A stretch of DNA of 64,000 nt, from contig CAUVXB020000002.1 of assembly GCA_963555825.3 (NCBI GenBank), positions 2,880,001-2,944,000 on the forward strand, read 5' to 3'. Below the pieces are notes generated by a model, which saw only the letters and a list, made by a program, of their open reading frames with translations, did no database searches and was not told the DNA's origin. Positions 53,947 to 63,925 of the stretch are shown in pieces. Both the position numbers and the translations under genes were made by a program. Source of the stretch: Alphaproteobacteria bacterium (lineage in GTDB: Bacteria; Pseudomonadota; Alphaproteobacteria; JAAXGF01). How positions within the stretch are numbered: the stretch's first letter is position 1; each line of letters opens with the position of its first letter.

Positions 53947-55842
53947 ATGACGCGCACTCTCCTCGCCCTGGCCGTCTCGCTCTGCCTCGCGTCGTTCGCG
54001 GCCGCGCAGGCCGGCGCCGCGAGCGACGAGCGCATTCTCAGCTTCAGGAGCGACATCGAAGTCCACGCCGACGCCACCATGACGGTAACCGAGACGATCG
54101 TCGTGCGCGCGGCGCGCAACCAAATCAAGCGCGGCATCTACCGCGAGTTCCCGACGACCTACCAGGACCGCTTCGGCAACACCGTCCGGGTTGGCTTCCA
54201 CGTGCTGTCGGTGACGCGCGACGGCCGGACCGAGCCCTACCACATTCGCGATGCCAGCAACGGCAAGCGGGTCTACATCGGCGACAAGGATGTCATCTTG
54301 AAACCCGGCCGCTACAGCTACACGCTGACCTACACGACCAACCAGCAGATCGGCTTCTTCGAGGATTTCGACGAGCTCTACTGGAACGTCACGGGCAACG
54401 GCTGGGCGTTCCCGATCGACCAGGCCGAGGCGCGCGTCACGCTGCCCAAGGGCGCCCTCGTGCTCGACACCTTCGGCTACACCGGCTACCAGGGCGCCAA
54501 GGGCGCTGACTACACGATGCGCCAGGCGGCGAGCGGCGCGATCATCTTCACCGCGACGCGGCCGCTCAAGCGCGAGGAAGGCATGACCATAGTCGTCTCC
54601 TGGCCCAAGGGCGTCGTCACCGAACCCGGTATCGCCGACAAGGCCCGCAACCTGCTGGTCGCCAACATGAGCGTGTTGGCTGGCGGCATCGGGCTGCTCG
54701 TGTTGGTGGCGTATTATTGCGCTGCCTGGCTGAAGGTCGGCCGCGACCCCGACAAGGGCACCATCGTGCCGCTGTTCGAGCCGCCCGAGGACTTCTCGCC
54801 GGCCGCGACGCGCTACGTCATGCGCATGGGCTACGACCACAAGGCGTTCACCGCGGCGATCGTCTCGATGGCGGTCAAGGGCTATCTGACGATCGTCGAG
54901 GACGCCGACGACGAATACACCCTAAAGCGCACCGTGGCCGACCGCTCGGTGCTCACGGTCGGCGAAGCCAAGCTTGGCATGAAACTGTTCGGCAGCAAGG
55001 ACTCGATCGTTCTCGATCAGATAAACCACAAGAAGATCAAGGGCGCGCTGAAAGCGCTGAAGGGCTATCTGGGCGAGGAGTTCGAGGCGAAGCACTTCGA
55101 GCGCAACCTGGCGTATTTCATCGTCGGCATCGCGATCACCGTGCTCACGCTCGGCGCGATCGTCATCGGCGCACTGAGGCCCGACGAAGCGGCCTTCATG
55201 ACCATCTGGCTGACGGTTTGGACTGGCGCCTGCTATATGCTGGTCACCAAGGCGGTGCAGGCCTGGATGAGCGGCAGCTACGGCTCGGCCGTCGGCGGGA
55301 CGCTGTTCGCGCTTCCCTTCCTCGCGGGCGAGGCCGTCGGCATCGGCCTGTTCAGCACGGTCGCCTCGCCGCTTGCCGTCGCCATCCTCTTGGCCGTCGT
55401 CCTCGTCGACGCGGTGTTCTATCACCTGCTCAAGGCGCCGACGCTGATGGGCCGCCGCGTGATGGACCGGATCGAGGGTTTCAAGCTCTACCTCTCGGTC
55501 GCCGAGCAGGCGCGCCTCGAGGCGCTGCACCCGCCCGACCAGACGCCCGAGCTGTTCGAGAAGTACCTGCCCTATGCGATCGCGCTCGACGTCGAGAACG
55601 AATGGGGCGACCAGTTCGCCGGCCTGCTCGCCCAGGCGGGCCAGGGCGGCGAATACCGGCCGCGCTGGTATTCGGGCCACTCGTTCCACTCGCATGACAT
55701 CGGCGGCTTCGGCTCGTCGCTCGGCGGCTCGTTCTCGAGCGCCATCTCGTCGTCGTCCTCGGCGCCGGGCTCGTCGTCGGGCGGCGGTGGCGGCGGCTCG
55801 TCGGGCGGCGGTGGCGGCGGTGGCGGCGGCGGCGGCTGGTAG
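53947..55842 (+). CDS. DUF2207-family membrane protein
   Basis: Signal peptide, DELYWNVTG, FEKYLPYAIAL and Gly/Ser tail ending GGGGW; follows lemA. Confidence 0.9.
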   Translation: MTRTLLALAVSLCLASFAAAQAGAASDERILSFRSDIEVHADATMTVTETIVVRAARNQIKRGIYREFPTTYQDRFGNTVRVGFHVLSVTRDGRTEPYHIRDASNGKRVYIGDKDVILKPGRYSYTLTYTTNQQIGFFEDFDELYWNVTGNGWAFPIDQAEARVTLPKGALVLDTFGYTGYQGAKGADYTMRQAASGAIIFTATRPLKREEGMTIVVSWPKGVVTEPGIADKARNLLVANMSVLAGGIGLLVLVAYYCAAWLKVGRDPDKGTIVPLFEPPEDFSPAATRYVMRMGYDHKAFTAAIVSMAVKGYLTIVEDADDEYTLKRTVADRSVLTVGEAKLGMKLFGSKDSIVLDQINHKKIKGALKALKGYLGEEFEAKHFERNLAYFIVGIAITVLTLGAIVIGALRPDEAAFMTIWLTVWTGACYMLVTKAVQAWMSGSYGSAVGGTLFALPFLAGEAVGIGLFSTVASPLAVAILLAVVLVDAVFYHLLKAPTLMGRRVMDRIEGFKLYLSVAEQARLEALHPPDQTPELFEKYLPYAIALDVENEWGDQFAGLLAQAGQGGEYRPRWYSGHSFHSHDIGGFGSSLGGSFSSAISSSSSAPGSSSGGGGGGSSGGGGGGGGGGGW

Positions 55843-55859
55843 GCGCGGCGACGGCGGGC

Positions 55860-56360
55860 TCAGTCGCTTGAATAATCGATCGCGGTGATCTCGAGCTCGA
55901 GGTCGCCGGCGGGGCGGCGCCAGGTGACCGCATCGCCGACGCGTCCGCCGGCGAGCGCGCGGGCGAGCGGCGACAGCCAGCTCACCTTGCCGGCCGCGGC
56001 GTCGGCCTCGTCCTCGCCGACGATGGTGAAATCGCGTATCGCGCCGTCATCGTCGGCGACCGTGACGCGCGCGCCGAAACGCACCTCGCCGGCCGGCTGC
56101 GTCGCCGGGTCGACGACGATGGCGTCTTCGATGCGCGCATCCAGATAGCGCAGCTCGCGCTCGGCATGGGCCAGCGCCGGCTTGCCCTGGAGACCGGCCG
56201 CGGCGTGCGCCGCGCGTTCGGCGGCGAGCCCGGCGCGGCGCGCCTCGAGCGCGGCGAGGCCGGCCGGCGTGACATAGTTCGGGTGTTCGCTGCGCGGCCG
56301 CTCGGGCGCGTCGTCGGCGACCATGTCGCCGTCCGGTTCCTTGGTGAAGGCGCGGCTCAT
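55860..56360 (-). CDS. GreA/GreB-family elongation-factor-like protein
   Basis: MSRAFTKE, NYVTPAG, VRFGA, IVGEDEAD and SWLSPLARAL. Confidence 0.85.
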   Translation of the reverse strand: MSRAFTKEPDGDMVADDAPERPRSEHPNYVTPAGLAALEARRAGLAAERAAHAAAGLQGKPALAHAERELRYLDARIEDAIVVDPATQPAGEVRFGARVTVADDDGAIRDFTIVGEDEADAAAGKVSWLSPLARALAGGRVGDAVTWRRPAGDLELEITAIDYSSD

Positions 56361-56403
56361 CCCGAAAGTCTAGCAAACCGCGCAGCACTGGTCGATCTGG
56401 GCT

Positions 56404-56952
56404 ATGCTCCGCGTCATGCGCGGCCAGGAACCACTTCGGATCGACCATGTGACCGTCGGCGACGCCGGCGGCGTCATCGGCATGTGCGAATGTCCCGGTC
56501 GGACCGAGGCACACGGCCTGGGTTGGGACGTCGAGCGCGATCTGGCCGAGGACCTGGCGACCATCGGCGCATTCGGCGCGGCGGTGATGGTGACGCTGTT
56601 CGAGCCCCATGAATTCGCGCTGCTCGGCGTCTCGGAGGTGGCCTTCCGAGACGGCGTCGCGGCGCACGGCTACGACTGGTGCCACCTGCCGATCCGCGAC
56701 ATGCACGCGCCCGACCAACGTTTCGAGAGCGGCTGGGAGACCGCCGGGCCGGCGCTCCGCGGCCTGCTGGACGCCGGGCGGACCGTCGTTTTCCATTGTC
56801 GCGCGGGCCTCGGGCGCACCGGCACGATCGCCGCCCGCTTGCTGATTGAGTTCGGCGCCATGCCCGGCGACGCCATTGCACAAGTGCGCGCCGCCCGCCC
56901 CGGCGCCATTGAAACCAGCCGCCAGCAGGTCTATCTCGAAGGACTCGCCTAG
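56404..56952 (+). CDS. Dual-specificity/CDKN3-like protein phosphatase
   Basis: CPGR, LPIRD, HCRAGLGRTG (CX5R) and RPGAIET. Confidence 0.88.
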   Translation: MLRVMRGQEPLRIDHVTVGDAGGVIGMCECPGRTEAHGLGWDVERDLAEDLATIGAFGAAVMVTLFEPHEFALLGVSEVAFRDGVAAHGYDWCHLPIRDMHAPDQRFESGWETAGPALRGLLDAGRTVVFHCRAGLGRTGTIAARLLIEFGAMPGDAIAQVRAARPGAIETSRQQVYLEGLA

Positions 56953-57320
56953 CCCGCTTCGAGCCGATAGCGCTCGACCACCTGTGGCTGGATGACGCCG
57001 GCGTGGAGCGCCAGCAGGACGAGGCGGGCGTCGAGGCTGTCGCCGGCCTCGAAGGCGGCTTCCAGGCGCGTTTCCACCGCGGCGGTCAGGTCCGCGCCGT
57101 TGTCGCCGGTGAAGACGTGCGGACCGAGCATGCAGTATGCGAGCATCTCGGCCGCTGCGTCGTAGGCGCGTCGCCCAGTGTCTGTTTCCGCGAGGAGCTT
57201 GACGGTCGTTAGCTGCACCGCATCCGGGATGAGACGGGGGTGCAGACCCACGGCGCGCACCGCCTGGTCGAGCTGCCGCAGCTCGCGCGAGCGGCCGAAA
57301 ATACCCAGAAAGCCAAACAT
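56949..57320 (-). CDS. Conserved hypothetical protein
   Basis: MFGFLGIFGRS...LHPRLIPDAV...GDSLDARLVLL; host-like codon usage. Confidence 0.65.
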   Translation of the reverse strand: MFGFLGIFGRSRELRQLDQAVRAVGLHPRLIPDAVQLTTVKLLAETDTGRRAYDAAAEMLAYCMLGPHVFTGDNGADLTAAVETRLEAAFEAGDSLDARLVLLALHAGVIQPQVVERYRLEAG

Positions 57321-57475
57321 CCGCGCTAGGCTACCGCACCCCGCCAGCGCACAAAAGCCGATCGACGCTCGGCGTGATCGCCGCGTGCTATGGTGCGGCC
57401 GACCGATCAACGAGACGGCGATGGGCGCGCGACCCATCGACGCTCCACCTAGCAACGTAGAAGGGCGAAGCCGAC

Positions 57476-57679
57476 ATGACCAAAGCTAGGGCCCGCCAAC
57501 GGGCGAAGGCGAAAGCGGCGCAGAAAGCCAGAAAGCGAGAAGCTAACGCCGACCAACCCGGCCATACCATCCGGCCGGGGCAGTTCGATCCGGGATCGGG
57601 TTCGATAAAAGGCCCGCAGGTGAACGCCAAAACCAAGAATTTCGGCGGCGCGATACGCGGCGCGGCGCGATCGAGATAG
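57476..57679 (+). CDS. Small basic hypothetical protein
   Basis: 67 aa, Lys/Arg/Ala-rich N-terminus, PGQFDPG and C-terminal RGAARSR. Confidence 0.55.
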   Translation: MTKARARQRAKAKAAQKARKREANADQPGHTIRPGQFDPGSGSIKGPQVNAKTKNFGGAIRGAARSR

Positions 57680-57770
57680 GCCGTTCCATCGAACGATCTT
57701 CGCAAAGTCCGTGCCGCGCGGTAGAGTGCCCGAATATTCGAAATGCCGCAGATATCGAAGGAGAGCCGCC

Positions 57771-58562
57771 GTGATCGTCGAGCAGGTGTGGACCGGAAAC
57801 GCCTACCGCAACTTCAACTATCTGATCGCCTGCCCAGAAACCGGCGAGGCGATGGCGATCGATCCGCTCGATCACGAGAAGTGTCTGGCCGCCGCCGCCG
57901 ACCGCGGCTGGCGCATCACGCAGGTGCTGAACACCCACGAGCACGGCGACCACACCGGCGGCAATGCGGCGGTCATCGCCGCGACCGGCGCGACATTGCT
58001 GGCGCACGCCAACGCCAAGGACAAGATCCCCGGCATCGACCGGGGCCTAAGCGCCGGCGACGTCATCAAGGTCGGCGCGACGGTCGAGCTCGAGGCGCTC
58101 GACACGCCGGGCCATACCATGAGCCATGTCTGCCTGTTGTCGCACACCGACACGCCGGCGCTGTTTTGCGGCGACACGCTGTTCAACGCCGGCGCCGGCC
58201 ATTGCCATGGCGGCGGCCATCCGGTCGAGCTCTATCACACCTTCGCCGGCCAGCTCGCCAAGCTGCCCGACGCGACGCTGATCTACCCGGGCCACGACTA
58301 CATCACCAACAACCTCGAATTCACGCTCGACCGCGAGCCCGACAACGCCAAGGCCAAGAGCCTGCTGGCCGACGTCGGCGGCCAGGACCCGGGCGACGCG
58401 CTGGTCTCGACGCTGGGCCTCGAGAAGGAGATCAACACCTTCTTCCGGCTGCACAGCCCGAGCGTGATCGCGCGGCTGCGCGAGGCGTTCCCCGACCTGC
58501 CCGACGCGCCCGACGCCAAGACCGTCTTCATCAAGCTGCGCGAGCTCAGGAACAGCTGGTAG
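57771..58562 (+). CDS. gloB: Hydroxyacylglutathione hydrolase (glyoxalase II)
   Basis: THEHGDHTGG, TPGHT, GDTLFNAG, PGHDY, EKEINTF and LRELRNSW; GTG start with AGGAG. Confidence 0.85.
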   Translation: MIVEQVWTGNAYRNFNYLIACPETGEAMAIDPLDHEKCLAAAADRGWRITQVLNTHEHGDHTGGNAAVIAATGATLLAHANAKDKIPGIDRGLSAGDVIKVGATVELEALDTPGHTMSHVCLLSHTDTPALFCGDTLFNAGAGHCHGGGHPVELYHTFAGQLAKLPDATLIYPGHDYITNNLEFTLDREPDNAKAKSLLADVGGQDPGDALVSTLGLEKEINTFFRLHSPSVIARLREAFPDLPDAPDAKTVFIKLRELRNSW

Positions 58563-58592
58563 GGCGTCGCGGCGCGCTGCCTGGAAGGCATC

Positions 58593-59348
58593 TCACGACG
58601 CGTCCCGGGCGCGCTGGCGTGCGCGCTTCTCGGCATCGGTGACGAAGGGATCGGCGTGAATGTCGGCGCGCGGCAGGCCGTGGGCGGCGAGCGCCTCGAC
58701 GGTCGCGTCGACCATCGCCGGCGGGCCGGCGAGATAGGCCTTGAAACCCGCGAAATCGGTGAAGTCGGCAAGGATCGCCGCGTCGAGCAGACCGCGCCGC
58801 CGTGCCGTCGCGCCGGGCGCGTCCGAGAGCACGGGGATGAAGCGGAAGTTGGCGAAGGCCGCGGATAGCGCCTCGAAGTGGCCGGCGAGGTAGATGTCGC
58901 GTTCCTCGCGGACGCCGAAGTAGAGGTCGATGTCCTGGCCCATGCCGACAGCCAACGCGGTCTCGACGATCGCCTTCATCGGCGCGACGCCCGAGCCGCC
59001 GGCGACCGCCAGGATCGGCCCGCCATGGTCGGTGCGCAGCCAGCCGTCGCCGTACGGCCCTTCGATCGTGACCGCGTCGCCGAGCGCGAGGTCGCGCGTC
59101 GCGTGAGCGCTGGCGCCGGCGCCGGCCATGCGCCGGATGTGGAACTCGATCGGCGTCGCGCCGGGCCGGTTGGCCATCGAATAGTCGCGCCCGGGCAGGC
59201 CTGAGAAGCTGACCACCGCGTACTGGCCGGCGGCGAAGTCAAAGCGCGTACCGTCGACGGCCTCGAGGCTGACGATGCGTGTGTCGTGGGTCGCGTCGGC
59301 GAGGCCGACGACGCGGCAGGCGAGCGTTCGCAAGGGGTGGTCGGTCAT
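58593..59348 (-). CDS. FAD/NAD(P)H ferredoxin-reductase-like oxidoreductase (no 2Fe-2S domain)
   Basis: AGQY, RDYSMAN, EGPYG, AGGSGVAPM and YLAGPPAMV. Confidence 0.85.
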   Translation of the reverse strand: MTDHPLRTLACRVVGLADATHDTRIVSLEAVDGTRFDFAAGQYAVVSFSGLPGRDYSMANRPGATPIEFHIRRMAGAGASAHATRDLALGDAVTIEGPYGDGWLRTDHGGPILAVAGGSGVAPMKAIVETALAVGMGQDIDLYFGVREERDIYLAGHFEALSAAFANFRFIPVLSDAPGATARRRGLLDAAILADFTDFAGFKAYLAGPPAMVDATVEALAAHGLPRADIHADPFVTDAEKRARQRARDAS

Positions 59349-59439
59349 GACGGTCCTCGGCCGGGTCGACGACAAATAGCGCATTCCATCGCCGCGGCAA
59401 ACCTGTCACCATATCGGGCCTATCCAAGGAGGCCCGACG

Positions 59440-60423
59440 ATGCTGGACAAGACCCGGAAACCGATTCCGCTGGTGGCCGACGACTACGACCCAATGTTCG
59501 CGCCGCGCTACAGCGATATCGCGACCTTCATGCGCGCACCCTTGATCCGCGAGATCGTCGGCCTCGACATCGCGCTCGCCGGCGTGCCGTTCGACGGCGG
59601 CGTGACCAACCGCACGGGCGCGCGTCACGGCCCGCGCGAGATGCGCAATCAGTCGAGCCTGATGCGCGCGATCCACCATGTCTCGCGCATCAATCCCTAC
59701 GCGCTGTGCAGCGTCGCCGACGTCGGCGACGTGCCCTTCGTGCACGGCTTCGAGCTGGCCGCCAGCCTCGACGACATCGAGGCCTTCTTCGCCAAGATCC
59801 ACGAGGCCGGCGCGGCGCCGATCAGCGCCGGCGGCGACCATTCGATCACGCTGCCGATCTTCCGTGCGATCGCTGCGGAACGCCCACTCGGCATGGTCCA
59901 CATCGACGCCCACACCGATACCTGGGACGAGTTCCTTGGTTCGAAATTTACCCATGGCGCGCCTTTCCGCCGCGCCGTCGAGGAAGGCCTCTTGGATCCC
60001 AAGCGTACCGTGCAGATCGGCATTCGCGGCGCCCAGAACACCGAGGAGGGTTGGTCATTCTCGATCGAGAACGGCATGCGCGTGATCTTCATGGAGGAGT
60101 TCACCAAGATCGGCGTCGACGCGGTGATCGCCGAGGCTAGGCGCGTCGTCGGCGACGGCCCGACCTACATCTCGTTCGACGTCGACGGCCTCGACCCGGT
60201 CTACGCGCCAGGCACCGGCACGCCCGAGGTCGGCGGGCTGACGACGATCGAGGCGCAGGCGCTGCTGCGCGGCCTGCGGGGTCTCGATCTGTGGGGCGGC
60301 GACGTCGTCGAGGTGGCGCCGCCGTTCGATCCGACCGGCAACACCGCGCTGGTCGCCGCCACCATGATGTACGAGATACTCTGTATCGTCGCCGAGAGCG
60401 TGGCGGCGCGCCGGACCGGCTGA
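59440..60423 (+). CDS. speB: Agmatinase/ureohydrolase
   Basis: GVPFD, GARHGP, GGDHSIT, DAHTD, SFDVDGLDP, PGTGTP and EVAPPFD. Confidence 0.85.
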   Translation: MLDKTRKPIPLVADDYDPMFAPRYSDIATFMRAPLIREIVGLDIALAGVPFDGGVTNRTGARHGPREMRNQSSLMRAIHHVSRINPYALCSVADVGDVPFVHGFELAASLDDIEAFFAKIHEAGAAPISAGGDHSITLPIFRAIAAERPLGMVHIDAHTDTWDEFLGSKFTHGAPFRRAVEEGLLDPKRTVQIGIRGAQNTEEGWSFSIENGMRVIFMEEFTKIGVDAVIAEARRVVGDGPTYISFDVDGLDPVYAPGTGTPEVGGLTTIEAQALLRGLRGLDLWGGDVVEVAPPFDPTGNTALVAATMMYEILCIVAESVAARRTG

Positions 60424-60443
60424 GCGGGCCGGCGCGCGCCGCC

Positions 60444-61316
60444 ATGGACGACATGATGACCACCCGCGAGGTGGCCGACTTCCTGCGCATCAAGGAACGC
60501 AAGGTCTACGACCTGGTCAAGGCGCGCCGCATTCCGTGCACCAGGGTGACTGGCAAGTGGCTGTTCCCGAGGCGCTCGATCGACGCCTGGCTGGCCGAGG
60601 GCGCCCGGGGCGAAACGCCGTCGCCCGCGCCGCCACCGATCGTCGCCGGCAGCCACGACCCGCTGTTGGAATGGTGCCTGGCCGAGGCCGGGACGGGCCT
60701 CGCGCTGCTGCCTGGCGGCAGCACCGATGGGCTCGAGCGGTTGGCGGCCGGCGAGGCGGTGATCTCGGGCCTGCATCTGCGCGACGCCGAGACCGGCGAC
60801 TACAACGTCGCCGCCCTGCACGAGAGCCTCGCGGGCCTACATGTCGTCGCGGTCGAATGGGCGTGGCGCGAGCAGGGCATCGTGGTGGCGCCCGGCAACC
60901 CTAAGGGCATCACCGGCATCGGCGATCTGCGTGGCCTGCGCGTCGCCCATCGCCAGCCGGGCGCGGGCAGCCAGGTCCTGCTCGAGCAACTGCTCGCCGC
61001 GGCCGGTGTCGCGCTCACCGATCTCGACGTGCTGCCCGAGCCGGCGCCGAGCGAAACCGAGCTCGCCATGGCGGTGCTCGAAGGCGTGGCTGACGCCGGT
61101 CTCGCGGTCGCCTCGGCCGCCCATCGCCTGAAGCTCGGCTTCGTGCCCCTGCAGCGCGAGCGCTATGACCTGGTGATGCGCCGACGCGACTACTTCGAGC
61201 CGCCGTTCCAGACGCTCCTCGCGTTCGCCCGCACGCCCGCCTTCACCGCGCGCGCCACCGCGCTCGGCGGCTACGACTGCACAGGCCTCGGCACGATCAC
61301 CTATAACGCGGCATGA
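60444..61316 (+). CDS. Excisionase-like HTH + periplasmic-binding-fold regulator (molybdate/tungstate-associated)
   Basis: MTTREVADFLRIKERKVY...GKWLFP HTH; GSHDP, REQG, RQPGAGS and ERYDL. Confidence 0.85.
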   Translation: MDDMMTTREVADFLRIKERKVYDLVKARRIPCTRVTGKWLFPRRSIDAWLAEGARGETPSPAPPPIVAGSHDPLLEWCLAEAGTGLALLPGGSTDGLERLAAGEAVISGLHLRDAETGDYNVAALHESLAGLHVVAVEWAWREQGIVVAPGNPKGITGIGDLRGLRVAHRQPGAGSQVLLEQLLAAAGVALTDLDVLPEPAPSETELAMAVLEGVADAGLAVASAAHRLKLGFVPLQRERYDLVMRRRDYFEPPFQTLLAFARTPAFTARATALGGYDCTGLGTITYNAA

Positions 61317-61332
61317 ATTATGGCCCCGAATC

Positions 61333-61402
61333 ACGGGGACGTGATACTTAATTCAAAACAATTACGTATACTGTCACGATATAATTAAGTATCATGTCCC
61401 CT
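61333..61402. repeat. 75-bp REPIN/MITE-like inverted repeat, copy 2
   Basis: ACGGGGACGTGATACTTAATT (61333-61353), 29-nt spacer, AATTAAGTATCATGTCCCCT (61383-61402). Confidence 0.85.
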
Positions 61403-61472
61403 TAATTATTTGCTTAATTATTGGTAGTAATTGCGTAATTGGTCCGCCTAATTGCCGGCGGGCGACGAAGCG

Positions 61473-62309
61473 TCATCCGCCGCCGTCGCCGGCGTCCGGC
61501 AGGAACGGCTGCTGGCCGTCGATGGTGAAGTCGGCGATCGCCCGCTGGCCTTCGGTTCCGGTCAGCCAGTCGATGAAAGCCTGGCCCTCGGCCGCGTTGA
61601 CGTGGCCGAACTTCGCCGGATTGACCAGGATGACGCCATAGGGGTTGACGAGCCGGGGATCGCCTTCGACCAAGATCTCGAGCCCGGCGCGGTTGCCGAA
61701 GCTCAGCCATGTGCCGCGGTCGGCCATGGTGTAGGCGCCACGGGCGGCGGCGATGTTGAGCATCGCGCCCATGCCGCTGCCACTGGCGACGTACCAGTCG
61801 TCCGACGCGCCGGGCGGCGCCATGCCGATCGCCCGCCACAATCTGGTTTCGGCCTTGTGCGTGCCGCTGTCGTCGCCGCGCGAAACGAAGGGCGCTCGGG
61901 CCCGGGCGATGGCGGCGAGCGCCGCGCCTGCGTCTGCCATGCCGGCGATGCCGGCCGGGTCGTCGACCGGGCCGACGATGACGAAATCGTTGTGCATGAC
62001 CTGGTGGCGGGCGACGCCGTGGCCTGCGGCGACGAAGTGCTCCTCCGAGCCGCGGTCGTGCACCAGCACGACGTCGACATCGCCGCGCCGGCCCAGGTTG
62101 AGCGCGGCGCCGGTGCCGACGGCGACCACGCGGACGACGATTCCGCTTTCCGCCGTGAATCGCGCGATGAGGTGGTCGAGCAGGCCCGAATTCGCGGTCG
62201 TCGTCGTTGCGCCGAGCACGAAGGCGCGCTCGCCGGCCGCGAGGCCCGAAGACGCCAGGGCCGCGACCATGGCGAAGGCCGCGAGCCGGCCCGGCGACGC
62301 CCAGCTCAT
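61473..62309 (-). CDS. tupA: Tungstate ABC transporter substrate-binding protein, paralogue 2
   Basis: ATTTTANSG, VGTGAAL, DVVLVH, MHNDF, SRGDDSGTH, DRGTW and NPYGV. Confidence 0.85.
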   Translation of the reverse strand: MSWASPGRLAAFAMVAALASSGLAAGERAFVLGATTTTANSGLLDHLIARFTAESGIVVRVVAVGTGAALNLGRRGDVDVVLVHDRGSEEHFVAAGHGVARHQVMHNDFVIVGPVDDPAGIAGMADAGAALAAIARARAPFVSRGDDSGTHKAETRLWRAIGMAPPGASDDWYVASGSGMGAMLNIAAARGAYTMADRGTWLSFGNRAGLEILVEGDPRLVNPYGVILVNPAKFGHVNAAEGQAFIDWLTGTEGQRAIADFTIDGQQPFLPDAGDGGG

Positions 62310-63133
62310 TGCGCGCCGCCGTTCGCGTTGGCGAAGAACGCCTGCTCGCCGTCGATGGTGTAGGCGTCGATCGCGGCTTGTCCTGCGTTCGACAGGAGCC
62401 AGTCGATGAAGCGCCGGCCGAGCGCCGACTTGACGTGGTCGTGCCGGGCGGCGTCGACCAGGATGACGCCGTACTGGTTGAACAGGCGATCATCGCCCGC
62501 GACCAGCATCTTGAGCTCGGCCTTGTTGGCGAATTTGAGCCAGCTGCCGCGGTCGGTCAGCGCGTATGCATTCATGCCGGCCGCGGTGTTGAGCGTCGCG
62601 CCCATGCCCGCGCCGGTCTCGCGATACCACTGGCCCGAGGCGCTGACGGCGTCGACACCGGCGGCGCGCCAGATGCCGAGCTCCTTCTTGTGCGTGCCGC
62701 TGTCGTCGCCGCGCGAGACGAAGACGGATCGGCTCTCGGCGATACGACCGAATGCCTCGGCCGCGTCGACCATGCCGCGGACACTCGCGAGATCGCTGGC
62801 CGGGCCGACGATGACGAAATCGTTGTACATGACGTCGAAGCGCTCGACGCCGAAGCCGTCGGCGACGAACTTCTCCTCCGAGGGTGTGTGGTGAACCAAC
62901 AATACGTCGGCGTCGCCATTGCGCGCCACGCGGATTGCCTGGCCGGTGCCGACCGCGACGACGCGCACCTCGACGCCGGTGGCGGCGGTGAATTTGGGCA
63001 GCAGGTGGTCGTAAAGCCCCGAGTTCTTTGTCGACGTCGTCGAGGCGACCGTGATGAACGGCGCCTCGGCCGCGGCGCCCGTGGCGACGAACGCAACCAG
63101 CGCCGCGGCGGCGAGCCGGCGGAGCGTCTTCAA
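62306..63133 (-). CDS. tupA: Tungstate ABC transporter substrate-binding protein, paralogue 1
   Basis: STTSTKNSG, VGTGQA, DVLLVH, MYNDF, SRGDDSGTH and NQYGV; TTG start overlapping the tupC stop. Confidence 0.88.
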   Translation of the reverse strand: MKTLRRLAAAALVAFVATGAAAEAPFITVASTTSTKNSGLYDHLLPKFTAATGVEVRVVAVGTGQAIRVARNGDADVLLVHHTPSEEKFVADGFGVERFDVMYNDFVIVGPASDLASVRGMVDAAEAFGRIAESRSVFVSRGDDSGTHKKELGIWRAAGVDAVSASGQWYRETGAGMGATLNTAAGMNAYALTDRGSWLKFANKAELKMLVAGDDRLFNQYGVILVDAARHDHVKSALGRRFIDWLLSNAGQAAIDAYTIDGEQAFFANANGGAQ

Positions 63134-63921
63134 TGAAGTCTCCTCGGGTCGTCGCGGGCGGCGAGCCGGGCGCGGTCCTCTTCGTCGTCGCCGTCCCACC
63201 ACAGCAGCTCGCCGCGCAGGAAGGCGCCGGCAAGCGCCTCGCGCGGCCGTTCGAAGAAGCTTTCGGCGGGCGCCTGCTCGACCAGCCGGCCGCGGTGGAT
63301 GAAGACCACCTCGTCGGCGATACGCCGCGCTTGGGCCAAGTCGTGGGTCGTCAGGATGATGCGCGTCCCGGCGGCGTGCAGGCCTTGAATCAATTCTTCG
63401 ATCTCGTGGGTCGCCGCCGGATCGAGGCTCGCCGTCGGCTCGTCGAGAAACAACAGCTCGGGACCGAGCGCCCAGACACGCGCCAGCGCCAGCTTCTGTT
63501 GCTCGCCGAACGACAGCACGCGCGCCTGCGTGCCGGCGAACCGGTGCAGCCCGGTGCGTGTCAACGCCTCGTCGACCCGTGCGCGCCGTTGCCGTCGCGG
63601 CACGCCCTTGAGCTTGAGCGCGTAGTCGACGTTGGCGGCGACCGAGCGGCGCAGCATGACCGGCCGCTGGAAGACCATCGCCTGGCGCGATGCCGGGTCG
63701 CGGCCCTCGGCGCCGTGCCAGACGATCTCGCCCGCGCTCGGCGTCAAGAGGCCGTGGCAGAGCCTGAGCAGCAGACTCTTGCCGGCGCCGTTGGGGCCGA
63801 CGACGACGCTGCGCGCGCCGTGCGAGAAGCGGCACGAAACATTCTTGATCAGGCGTCGGCCGCCGGCGTCATAACAGACGCCGCGCAGCTCGAGCGGCAG
63901 GATGCTGTCGGACGCGCTCAT
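63130..63921 (-). CDS. tupC: Tungstate ABC transporter ATP-binding protein
   Basis: GPNGAGKS, VFQRP, LSFGEQQ, LDEPTASLDP and TTHD. Confidence 0.85.
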   Translation of the reverse strand: MSASDSILPLELRGVCYDAGGRRLIKNVSCRFSHGARSVVVGPNGAGKSLLLRLCHGLLTPSAGEIVWHGAEGRDPASRQAMVFQRPVMLRRSVAANVDYALKLKGVPRRQRRARVDEALTRTGLHRFAGTQARVLSFGEQQKLALARVWALGPELLFLDEPTASLDPAATHEIEELIQGLHAAGTRIILTTHDLAQARRIADEVVFIHRGRLVEQAPAESFFERPREALAGAFLRGELLWWDGDDEEDRARLAARDDPRRLH

Positions 63922-63925
63922 CGGC

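Noticed and set aside
55740-55842. GGC/TCG-rich low-complexity repeat
   Set aside because: It is the normal Gly/Ser tail of DUF2207 proteins.
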